A DNA stretch of 54,392 nt from Octopus bimaculoides (Eukaryota): contig NC_068983.1 of the NCBI RefSeq assembly GCF_001194135.2, positions 70,874,624-70,929,015 of the forward strand, given 5' to 3'. The notes below the pieces were generated by a model that worked only from the letters and a program-made list of their open reading frames with translations, made no database searches and was not told the DNA's origin. Positions 11,625 through 23,896 of the stretch are shown here, piece after piece (position 1 is the first letter of the stretch; each line of letters begins with the position of its first letter). The translations under genes and the position numbers were made by a program.

Positions 11625-12744
11625 CATTATTATTAAGCAAAAGTTACACAGTGACTCAAGAGACGAGAGTTTCAGGCATTAGCACTTATGCATATATACA
11701 CACACACACACATATATCTATTCTCATGTATACGTAGCTCACACAAGCAAGTGCATATGCATGCAAACGCTCACTTCGAATTAAAATTTATAGTATCTGA
11801 TGATATGGTCCCGTATATGGTATACACGCATAAACAAGCAGCAAATTCATACAAGTGTATGCAAAAGCATGTGAATGTTCTCATGAATGATTTGATTATA
11901 AATTTCTGCGCAGACAGAAACCAGTGCATGCATAACGAATATACAGAAATGTAAAAAGCAAAAAAAAAAAAAAAAAAAACCTATCTATAAGAATTATAAT
12001 GTATATAGAAGTCCCAAGCAGGGACTCTCAGATTTTGAAAATCGCCTAAAAACCTTGCCCTATGTTAACACGCACATATACACACATAGACGTACATAAG
12101 TATCTACATGTATATGTTCAAACATACAAATGCATATACGTACATACACACATATATAAACATATGAGTGTGTGTGCGTCTGCGTGCGCGCGCGTATATA
12201 TGTATGTGTGTATATGTATGCGTGGAACATACAGAAATTACGTAACAAATGCGTAAAGAATGTATACAATGAACATTTTATATTATTTTAAGGAGTGGCT
12301 GGTAATCGGTAAAACTTTATAGTAAATAGATAAATTTTAAATGTTGTTATAGATATTTGAAAAAAAAAAAAAGCAGACGTTTGTAAAAATTAAAGGGTAT
12401 GTTGAATGCATAAATGCATTATTAGTAAAATGTATAAATGAATCAATATATGAAATAACATTTCTGTTTATACATACACACGTAAAGTCAATCTCACAAA
12501 ATATTTATAAAATACATAAATAGAAGTAAAAACATAAAATAAAATTAAATTATGGGAAAGTACTAAATGAAATATAAGAAATACACGACCATATACATCT
12601 ACACACGCACACACACACATGCACATCACATCATATATTTATATGTACATATAAACACATACACGCAAGCGCGCACACACACACACATACATATATATAT
12701 ATAGAGAGAGACAGACAGATAGCAGACAGACTAATGTATTGACT

Positions 12745-12775
<31 letters not shown>

Positions 12776-13873
12776 GTTGTAGGAATAGGGTTATAGCAAT
12801 AATTATTGTAGCCCCATCCCAATTAAATGGTAAAGCGTGTGTGATTATGTGTATGCACAGGATTGTGGTCGTAATGATTATAAGCATGCGGCACATAATA
12901 TTTGAGTAGGACATTTAGGATTGTACAGTGTAACGTAGTATATGGGTGATGAATTTTGAGGCTGCAGGATGTTTCTTACAAATAGTAAACTATGGTATGC
13001 AGAATATAAAATGCAAGCTGCGGGTGTTGTATGGGGATTCCAGCATGTAGGCGTGTAGATGGGTTTGGTGTTAACTGGATTTTAGTGTACGTGAATATGT
13101 AGATAATATGCCTTGACTGACAATTTTTTAAATATGCACTGGCATTTTCAATAGCAAATTAAAATGCCTATACATATTTTCTGTTTTGGGGTCGAGGATG
13201 GAAAATAATGGCCAACTTCTCCACGGTACATAGGTTGCAGTGCCTATTTTGTTAGTAAGTTATTGTGAGATCTATTCAATTGATCTCAGTGCTACAGTTC
13301 AGTTCTCATTAGGAAACCATATGTAGATGTACATACTTGTACATCTACATGTAGATGTACATATTGTGCTATTATCTAAAATGTTATAGACGTTCAGTTT
13401 AAGAACAAATTCAAATGATGGGAACTATAATTAATTTTATAGGAAGGACTGAAACAAGAATCTATGAGCGGCCTCTTGTTCAGAGTTACACACGCACGCA
13501 CACACGCGCCCGCGCATACACGTATGTCTAGCTATCTATCTATTTACCTACCTAACTATCTATATTTATATATATATATATATATACAGACATGTGAATA
13601 TATATCTATACATATACATATATATAAGTGTATGTATGTATATATGTATTATGTATGTATATGTGTATGTATATGTGTATGTATATGTGTGTATATATAT
13701 ATATGTACATATATGTACGTGAGTTTGTTTATGTATATGTATAAATGTCTATAAATGTACAAATATGTCTATGCATATATATATTCGCAAACTTATATAT
13801 GTATTTATATATGTATTCATATATGTATGCACATGTATGTATATATATATATATATACATATGCGTGAAAATA

Positions 13874-13934
<61 letters not shown>

Positions 13935-14417
13935 TTATATAAGCGTGTATACACACATACAGGTTTTGTATGAGCATATAGGCATACTAGACCCATTCGC
14001 ATAAGTAGCAATATATTAAATATATAAGACAATATTAAGAACTGTTCATTCAAACGTAAGTATAGAGGAAAAGTTTAAGATATGAGTGGGTTCATACCTT
14101 TGATCTGCTTCACAAAAATTACATACATAGATGTATACGTATGTATACATAAATATATACATATATATGTGTGTGTGTGCGTACATATTATAGATGTATG
14201 TATAAGCATATGTATAAGTATGTATATGATGTACATGTATATGTATGTACATATATATATATATTGATAGAAAAGACAACAAAAGAAAGAAAGATACTTC
14301 AATATTATGTAAATAGAAGAATTTATCTGTAAAAATATGTGTCACTTATTCGATAAAACTCCGAGCATCCGAAACTCGGAGTTTTATCATGGCTTCCGAA
14401 TAAGTGTCATGCATTTT

Positions 14418-14459
<42 letters not shown>

Positions 14460-15050
14460 NNNNNNNNNNNNNNNNNNNNNNNNNNNNNNNNNNNNNNNNN
14501 NNNNNNNNNNNNNNNNNNNNNNNNNNNNNNNNNNNNNNNNNNNNNNNNNNNNNNNNNNNNNNNNNNNNNNNNNNNNNNNNNNNNNNNNNNNNNNNNNNNN
14601 NNNNNNNNNNNNNNNNNNNNNNNNNNNNNNNNNNNNNNNNNNNNNNNNNNNNNNNNNNNNNNNNNNNNNNNNNNNNNNNNNNNNNNNNNNNNNNNNNNNN
14701 NNNNNNNNNNNNNNNNNNNNNNNNNNNNNNNNNNNNNNNNNNNNNNNNNNNNNNNNNNNNNNNNNNNNNNNNNNNNNNNNNNNNNNNNNNNNNNNNNNNN
14801 NNNNNNNNNNNNNNNNNNNNNNNNNNNNNNNNNNNNNNNNNNNNNNNNNNNNNNNNNNNNNNNNNNNNNNNNNNNNNNNNNNNNNNNNNNNNNNNNNNNN
14901 NNNNNNNNNNNNNNNNNNNNNNNNNNNNNNNNNNNNNNNNNNNNNNNNNNNNNNNNNNNNNNNNNNNNNNNNNNNNNNNNNNNNNNNNNNNNNNNNNNNN
15001 NNNNNNNNNNNNNNNNNNNNNNNNNNNNNNNNNNNNNNNNNNNNNNNNNN

Positions 15051-15117
<67 letters not shown>

Positions 15118-15321
15118 TGTGTATGTGTGGATGTATGTGTGTATGCAAATATACATGCCTATAGATATATATCGGAAAATTTTTTTTAGATATACAGTGT
15201 ATATTAATACACACACATGTATAATTGTGCGTGTATATATATTGATTTTAATTGAGATTTTACCTGTAATTTTGGATTTTGTCCCTAAAATTATTATATA
15301 TATAAATATATATATATATAT

Positions 15322-15359
<38 letters not shown>

Positions 15360-16120
15360 TTCTGTGTGTGCGTGTGTGTGTGTTAGTGTGCGCGTGCGTA
15401 TATTAGTGTATACGCCTAACGTATATACATGTATGTATGCACATTATGTCAGGCAGAAATATACAAGATCATCCCTTCGTAAATATACTATACATGTTTC
15501 AGCTGTTACATAGTTGTGTATGTTACATACACACAGAAACACCCATCCACACGCACACGTACATACACACATACATGCACAATCATATATATGTATATCT
15601 TCATATATATATATATATANNNNNNNNNNNNNNNNNNNNNNNNNNNNNNNNNNNNNNNNNNNNNNNNNNNNNNNNNNNNNNNNNNNNNNNNNNNNNNNNN
15701 NNNNNNNNNNNNNNNNNNNNNNNNNNNNNNNNNNNNNNNNNNNNNNNNNNNNNNNNNNNNNNNNNNNNNNNNNNNNNNNNNNNNNNNNNNNNNNNNNNNN
15801 NNNNNNNNNNNNNNNNNNNNNNNNNNNNNNNNNNNNNNNNNNNNNNNNNNNNNNNNNNNNNNNNNNNNNNNNNNNNNNNNNNNNNNNNNNNNNNNNNNNN
15901 NNNNNNNNNNNNNNNNNNNNNNNNNNNNNNNNNNNNNNNNNNNNNNNNNNNNNNNNNNNNNNNNNNNNNNNNNNNNNNNNNNNNNNNNNNNNNNNNNNNN
16001 NNNNNNNNNNNNNNNNNNNNNNNNNNNNNNNNNNNNNNNNNNNNNNNNNNNNNNNNNNNNNNNNNNNNNNNNNNNNNNNNNNNNNNNNNNNNNNNNNNNN
16101 NNNNNNNNNNNNNNNNNNNN

Positions 16121-16159
<39 letters not shown>

Positions 16160-17641
16160 ATATAGTTTTAGGGAAAATAACCGAGTTTCAAGAACTCATC
16201 GATGAAAATCCACTATCACATAATGAAAAATTAATAATTAAAAGCACAATAAATGAGTATAATATAAAGCTCAATTTAATTTTATTTTTTTATAAATTGA
16301 TTTTAATTGAGTTTTTGCCTGTAATTTTGGATTTTGTCCCTAATATTATTATTATTATATATATATATATATATACATATATATATTTGTATATATGCCT
16401 ATGTCTATCCTTTTATCCATATATATAAGTACATCCACCCGTCCATATGTATGTATCTATGTGTATGTATGAATAGATAGATTGATAAAGACACACAGAA
16501 GGAGAGAGAGAGAGAGAGAGAGTTAGAGATGTATATTTATGTGTAAACTTTTATGCATCTCTCTCTCTCTCTCTCTCTCTCTACTGTGTGTTTTGCGAGT
16601 GAGTAATCCTTAATTTAAGGCAGCCCATTTCGTTCATCTTTAGAAACATCTATCATCTGCTTATCTGTGAACGAGTGAAAGCTAGGTATCCTTTCAGTTT
16701 TGGATTAGCAAGAAATATATAGCTCCGGTGTACCCACTTTATATATACATTTACTTTTCCCAAGAACGCTGCATTTTAATGTGCGTGCGTGTTAATCTAT
16801 ATAAACATATAATATATAAATATTTTTATATATTATATATGTGCATATGTAATATACATTTATGTGTATAAATACATACACACATGTTTATATATACATA
16901 TATGTATGCTGTAGATATATGAATGTCATATATGTGTAATCTCGAGCATTCACATCCTTTGGAAGAAATGCCAACCAAGCTTTTGCTCACTACTCTTATT
17001 TCTAAAATGATTTGACCATACAACCTTATTGGTGTAGGTCCAAAAGTTCATGCTGTACAATGGTGGATAAATATGTTATCAAAGACTAGTTCATTTAAAT
17101 GCATGAATTTGCTTCTTTTATCACACTGGTCGTTAGATTTTTAGTGGACAACGAGTGTGAAAATATGTACTTATAGGTTATCTTTCTAAAGAGTACAAGA
17201 GCTTCCTTTATTGTCTAGTTACATTCTTTAGTGTATTGTCATTCTCTTAAAAGTTATACAACAAAGCTAGTAAACTGCAATGGCCAGCAATGTATTCGAA
17301 ACACTGACTATGGCATCTCTTTCCGCAGCTTTTTCATCTTTACATCACATACCTATTATGACAGTGATGGATCGTTAGTCATCCTCAAATGTTGAGATTC
17401 CCTTCTTTCGTTATTGAAGAACTACTGACTACCTCTCACAAACATCTCTACCGGCACACACACATACACACACACATGCACACTTATTCATTCATGAATA
17501 AATATATATACATATCTACAGTTACAAACACACACACACACATATAAAAACACACATGCACAACAACATACATATGTACTTGTATATGTGTGCATATATA
17601 TCCTCATATGCGCACATTAGCATATATCAATATATTTCTGG

Positions 17642-17674
<33 letters not shown>

Positions 17675-18192
17675 NNNNNNNNNNNNNNNNNNNNNNNNNN
17701 NNNNNNNNNNNNNNNNNNNNNNNNNNNNNNNNNNNNNNNNNNNNNNNNNNNNNNNNNNNNNNNNNNNNNNNNNNNNNNNNNNNNNNNNNNNNNNNNNNNN
17801 NNNNNNNNNNNNNNNNNNNNNNNNNNNNNNNNNNNNNNNNNNNNNNNNNNNNNNNNNNNNNNNNNNNNNNNNNNNNNNNNNNNNNNNNNNNNNNNNNNNN
17901 NNNNNNNNNNNNNNNNNNNNNNNNNNNNNNNNNNNNNNNNNNNNNNNNNNNNNNNNNNNNNNNNNNNNNNNNNNNNNNNNNNNNNNNNNNNNNNNNNNNN
18001 NNNNNNNNNNNNNNNNNNNNNNNNNNNNNNNNNNNNNNNNNNNNNNNNNNNNNNNNNNNNNNNNNNNNNNNNNNNNNNNNNNNNNNNNNNNNNNNNNNNN
18101 NNNNNNNNNNNNNNNNNNNNNNNNNNNNNNNNNNNNNNNNNNNNNNNNNNNNNNNNNNNNNNNNNNNNNNNNNNNNNNNNNNNNNNNNNNNN

Positions 18193-18265
<73 letters not shown>

Positions 18266-19299
18266 AAATATAAAATTCCATAAATGTGTACATATATAAA
18301 CTTAGGCAATACTAGATTTGTTTGGGCTAGTATTAATCTCGGTTATGTCTAACTTAGTTGTATCACCGGGTGCAGCTTTTAAAGTCATATTCTTTTACCC
18401 GGATCCGACTCGTTAACGGAGAACTTGTTGGCGAAAACATCACCGGCAATCAGAGATTTATCTGGTCCTTCTTGAAATAATTTGTGCATTACCTTCACAA
18501 AGTTATGGAAATGTGTTCTTCTTTGCGTTATTTCGGGACAATAGGAGAGAGACCAAGGCCAGTCGACGTTGAAAATATGCCGCAAATTTGGTAATATACT
18601 ATAATATCTGTTTTACAAAAGGGGCTCAGTGTGCAAGATCCTAGATCGAGTAAATATTTATCATGATGCTTACATTATTTATACAGAGCTAATACTGTAG
18701 TTTCCACATTCTCGTTCTCATTAATTACAAATGATGTAACGTTCATGGCAACGTTGTCCGTACGATAGCTTAGAAAGTGAAGCTAGATAGAAACTGATAG
18801 AGGAAGTGCTAGGAATACAAATAGGCCGATTTCTTTAGAATTTCTTGGCAAACTTCTACATTTGTCTCTATCTCACTTTCCATCGTTAGTGTTGCTCACA
18901 TCTATAATCAGCATTTCATTAATTATTTGTATTTGTATTGTTCATCAGTCTCTGTGCATTTCTCATTCACTCTATATCTCTCCCTATCTTTCTCTGTCTC
19001 TCACACTTTTGTTTCCCTTTTTTTCAAATGTATATGCACACGCATTCACAACAAAACACATACACAATTATTACTACACGCTCATACGCATACAACAAAT
19101 TCACATACATACACATTATATGCCTATACATAGACACATAAACGCACACACACTTACACACACGAACGCACGCACACACAAACACTCATATATAGAGATT
19201 TGATTAAACAGGATCCACACAAGATTGAAGCATATCAAATTCAAGCACACCACAATTATCGGCTAGACATACATAAATATGCATACATACATACAGAAA

Positions 19300-19375
<76 letters not shown>

Positions 19376-19450
19376 CACATATGCATGTATGTATGTATGT
19401 ATCTTTGTATGTATGTATACATATATGTAGAAATAGATATAGATACAGAA
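7900..19450. repeat. Dense compound microsatellite fields: (TA)n, (CA)n, (TATG)n, (TAGA)n, (CAT)n(TAT)n
   Basis: Seen directly. Similar fields lie at about 2055-2210, 29720-30000, 36270-37210 and 39590-40230. They are the source of the YI/VC/MYVC/HT ORFs. Confidence 0.95.
11440..11530 (+). mobile_element. SINE family B, 3' fragment
   Basis: AATTAAGTACCAGTTGCTGGGGTTGATCTAATCGAC matches the central block of the other B copies. Confidence 0.7.
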
Positions 19451-20290
19451 GAGAAAAGCTTAAAAATACCAATAAACAAAAAAAAAATGACAAAACCCCA
19501 CCAGAACAATTGACATGTAATTGTATACGCCTATATGTGACTGTTTGTGCATATGTGTCCTTGAAATGCAAGTGTGTGTAATTGTGTGATGTTCAACATT
19601 GGATATGGACAAAACTCGCAACATGAGCATACAACTATACGGGAATTCCTTTCTTCAAAGTAAATAGCAAATGCAACTTGCTTAGCAGCAGTTTAGCTGT
19701 TATTACATAAGTCTATAGTCAAGGGTTTTCCAGCTGAATATCACGTATTTCTCGTTTAATAATGAATACATTGTCTCATATGTCCTTACTTTTTAAGTTG
19801 GGATTTGAGGAAAATTTAGTGGTGAGTGACACCGTAGTGGACTCTTTGCTGATCCATTTCGGTGTCACTCGTCACAAAATAATAATTATAAAATGACAAA
19901 GTCACACTTGTAAGCAACGACAATAGCAAAAGTAGTAATGTATGACTTCCGTACAATAACAGAGGTTTGGGAAGAGAAGGGAATCGATTAATTACTTAAC
20001 GGAAACTTTGATCTGCGACCACGAAGAAGTTACTCGTAGTCATTTGAACTCTACCTGTAAAAAGATACCACTAAATTCCATAAAGTAATTTATTATATAT
20101 TTCAACAATTCTGCCAGTTCAATGTCTTCAGAAATAATCTTTTTAATATCTTGAATGGGAACAAAACCAGAAATGCTGAATGGAGGAACAGCCGATATCT
20201 ACCCCATTATGTTGAGTAGTACTTCATTGTATTTAGAGAATCCACGACCCGAATGATAACAACAACAAAAACACAATAATAATAATAATA

Positions 20291-20506
20291 ATCCTTTTTA
20301 CTATGGGAAAAAGGCTGGTAATTTTGTGATATGGGGCTAGTCGAATATATTGACTTCAGTGCTAAACTGGTACTTAATTTATTGACCCTGAAAAGATGAA
20401 AGGAAAAGTCAGCCTCTGTGAAATTTGAATCGAAGACATAAGGATGGACAAAATAGTGCTAAGCATTTTGTCCGGCGTACTATCTATTCTACGAGGTCGC
20501 CGTCTT
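20291..20506 (-). mobile_element. SINE family B, full-length diverged copy, minus strand
   Basis: Reverse complement begins AAGACGGCGACCTCGTAGAATAGATAGTACGCCGGACAAAATGCTTAGC and contains CTTTCATCTTTTCAGGGTCAATAAATTAAGTACCAGT. Confidence 0.85.
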
Positions 20507-20523
20507 CTTAATAATAACAATGA

Positions 20524-20524
<1 letters not shown>

Positions 20525-20614
<90 letters not shown>
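20525..20614. repeat. Perfect spacer-less palindrome (ATT)15(AAT)15
   Basis: Counted from the sequence. Centre at 20569/20570; the AAT arm continues to about 20636. Confidence 0.9.
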
Positions 20615-20622
<8 letters not shown>

Positions 20623-20636
20623 TAATAATAATAATA

Positions 20637-20714
20637 AAGGCGGTGAGGTGGCAGAATCATTAGCACGCTGGGCAAATGCTTTGCAGTATTTCGCCCGTTG
20701 CTACATTCTGGGTT
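20637..20714 (+). mobile_element. SINE family B head, truncated by assembly gap
   Basis: AAGGCGGTGAGGTGGCAGAATCATTAGCACGCTGGGCAAATGC matches the head at 24867. Confidence 0.85.
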
Positions 20715-21635
20715 NNNNNNNNNNNNNNNNNNNNNNNNNNNNNNNNNNNNNNNNNNNNNNNNNNNNNNNNNNNNNNNNNNNNNNNNNNNNNNNNNNNNNN
20801 NNNNNNNNNNNNNNNNNNNNNNNNNNNNNNNNNNNNNNNNNNNNNNNNNNNNNNNNNNNNNNNNNNNNNNNNNNNNNNNNNNNNNNNNNNNNNNNNNNNN
20901 NNNNNNNNNNNNNNNNNNNNNNNNNNNNNNNNNNNNNNNNNNNNNNNNNNNNNNNNNNNNNNNNNNNNNNNNNNNNNNNNNNNNNNNNNNNNNNNNNNNN
21001 NNNNNNNNNNNNNNNNNNNNNNNNNNNNNNNNNNNNNNNNNNNNNNNNNNNNNNNNNNNNNNNNNNNNNNNNNNNNNNNNNNNNNNNNNNNNNNNNNNNN
21101 NNNNNNNNNNNNNNNNNNNNNNNNNNNNNNNNNNNNNNNNNNNNNNNNNNNNNNNNNNNNNNNNNNNNNNNNNNNNNNNNNNNNNNNNNNNNNNNNNNNN
21201 NNNNNNNNNNNNNNNNNNNNNNNNNNNNNNNNNNNNNNNNNNNNNNNNNNNNNNNNNNNNNNNNNNNNNNNNNNNNNNNNNNNNNNNNNNNNNNNNNNNN
21301 NNNNNNNNNNNNNNNNNNNNNNNNNNNNNNNNNNNNNNNNNNNNNNNNNNNATATATATATATATATATATATAGTGAGAATTTACAAACAAAACAAAAG
21401 ACGAAGACAGGTGTGTAAACAACAAATAGATATACTAGTTTAACGCTCGGGAAGTGAGAAAGTCTTTTACGTTTCTTGCCTACGCTCTTCCACACCCAAT
21501 GGTTGTTATATTTTTTTGCTAACATAATAGGTTAGATAGGATGATGTCTATATTACTATATTACAATTACCAATAATATGTTGTGCATGTATAGTAATAT
21601 TACGATCATGAAATTAGCATTAGTTTATCTCTTTC

Positions 21636-21700
21636 TCGCGAAACCCCCAGGAGCCTTTTGCGGAACCCTTGGATTCCGAAGAACCTCGGTTGAGAAACGC
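21636..21700. mobile_element. Probable hAT (Charlie-like) DNA transposon or MITE end
   Basis: GCGGAACCCTTGGATTCCGAAGAACCTCGGTTGAGAAACGC resembles the 'GGTTGAGAAACACTG' terminus and GGAACCC subterminal motifs recalled for hAT MITEs. No partner end was found. Confidence 0.45.
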
Positions 21701-22125
21701 AACTTGCAAAAAAACATATATGCTTGAGGTTTCTGTTTGGGAGCGTTAGCGAATTTCGATTCAAGTTGACGGTTCACAAGCAGTGTTCTTTTAAATTTCG
21801 GCGAAAAATATCAAATAAAGGAAAGAGACTGTAGTTTCTTCAGCCGCTGGATCCTATATATAAAGGAGCTGTTGATATAGCGAACCACGAAAGGTGGTTG
21901 GAATTCCCTATGCCATGAATTGGTCTCTGCGTGCGCGAGCGTTTGTATATATGTATGAGTGTGCGCGCACGTACGTTAACTGTGTAAGTAAGTATGTGTA
22001 TTAGATGCAATGTCGATTATATTATGATTTTTACTCTACAAGGTCTTGGTCGGGTTACAGAAGACTTACTTACAAGTGTAACAAGTAACATACTTGACTA
22101 TAAGAAATGTAACACACTTAAATCC

Positions 22126-22159
<34 letters not shown>

Positions 22160-22279
22160 CTACTACCACTAGGTAGTAGCAGCAGCGGTGGTGGTGATTG
22201 TAGTAGTAGTAGTAGTAGTAGTAGCAGCAGTAGCGATAGTAGTGATAGTGGTGGTAGTGGTGGTGTCGGCGGCGGCAGT

Positions 22280-22360
<81 letters not shown>
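22126..22360. repeat. Mosaic (AGT)n/(AGC)n/(GGT)n trinucleotide array
   Basis: Seen directly. It generates the poly-S/V/T/L/Y ORFs in several frames. Confidence 0.9.
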
Positions 22361-22362
<2 letters not shown>

Positions 22363-22469
22363 AGAAAATCCAATCCAATATCCACCTTGGCTGGATTTAC
22401 CGCTGGTAAGCACATAAGATAATTATTCGGAAATTCTCACTTTTTTCCCCCCATTGTGTTAATAATGAC

Positions 22470-22700
22470 ATCAATTCAGTGGATTGAAAGAATCAGAAAT
22501 AACGTGGAACAAAATTGGCATTTGATGTTTTGATTGCGCTCTTTAGGTTCTGAGTTCAAGTCAATCCAGGATCGACTTTCCCTTTCATCATTCTGTAGGT
22601 CGAATAAAATAATGTAACTGTCAAATAACGAAGTCCATGTAATCGAACATTAAAAGGAACCGTGGTTTTGTGCTAATATTTGAAATCAGGAATGCTAAGT
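22470..22700 (+). mobile_element. SINE family B, heavily diverged copy
   Basis: GTTCTGAGTTCAAG...ATCGACTTTCCCTTTCATCATTCTGTAGGTCGAATAAAAT. Confidence 0.6.
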
Positions 22701-22763
22701 ATTTTTGACATTATATGCAGACATACATATATACATATATAAATGCATACAGACATACATATG

Positions 22764-22926
22764 CGACAGTCTCCTTTCAGTTTCCGTCTACCAAATCTAC
22801 TCACTATAACCCTGGACTAACAGGGTTATAGTATGAGACACTTACCCAAGGTACCACGCAGTAGAACTGAACTGGGGAACATGTGTTTGGGAAGAAAATT
22901 TCTTATCACACAGCTTCGCCTGCCCC
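22764..22926 (-). mobile_element. SINE family C (CORE-like), 5' half, minus strand
   Basis: Reverse complement matches 42893-43029: GTTCAGTTCTACTGCGTGGTACCTTGGGTAAGTG...GATTTGGTAGACGGAAACTGAAAGGAGACTGTCG. Confidence 0.85.
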
Positions 22927-23831
22927 ATGTTAATATTGATAATTGAAATATGTATAAAAGAAGAAAACAAATTACTAGGATTTGAATATAGTCGATTAAA
23001 CGAATCTCAATACTTGACTGGCATTTAATATTATCGAACACACAAAGAGCAATAAATATATACCGAAATACAATTTTGTTTGACGGTTTAAGTTCTGCCA
23101 ATCCAATACCAAAATCCAATATTAATAACTCTGGTATTATACCAACTAATTTATAAGAGCATGTCTACCTGAAAAGATAAAACATAGAAATGATGGAAAA
23201 ATTCTAAAAGATAGGTACAGAATAGTAAAATTAATAGTAAGATTAATACTCAAAAAAACATAAATAAGTCTATTCACATCCAGGTAATAAACTATAGTTT
23301 CAATATAATAACTTAGAAGATAAGTGGAGTGTAAAGACCTGCTGGAAAATCCAAATACCAGGTGGGTCTGGAAAGCGTTTAATAATGCAGCATGTGAAAG
23401 AGATAATTTAAAAAATTTACATTGACATGTTTGTATGCTAACATGTATGGCTGTGCGCGTGAGTGCATAAGTCCACACACATACATACAAACAAACAAAC
23501 AAACAAACACACACATACACACACAAACACACACACACACACAAGTGTTTATGACGGCATGTAGCTATATCTATCAATTTAATGCATCAATCTATCTATC
23601 TGTATCTATTGCTCCACTCTCTCCTCTCACTCTCTTCTCATTTTTCTCCTCCTCCTCTCTGTCTCCATGTGTCTATATATATATAAACACACATGTATGT
23701 TTGTGTAGGTATATATATATATACATTCAGAGAGAGAAAGTAAAAGACAGATAACTATAGATTTACATATAGGCATAGATTTCATGAGTATATATAAAAA
23801 TATAAGTGTGGTGTGTGTCTACGCACACGTA

Positions 23832-23896
<65 letters not shown>

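Noticed and set aside
17329-17373. 45-nt phase 1-1 exon candidate (ctctttccgcag ... GTTAGT)
   Set aside because: Reasonable splice signals, but too short and featureless to separate from background.
22094-22417. Poly-Ser/Val/Thr/Leu/Tyr ORFs on both strands
   Set aside because: The trinucleotide mosaic is open in most frames, so this is no evidence of coding by itself.
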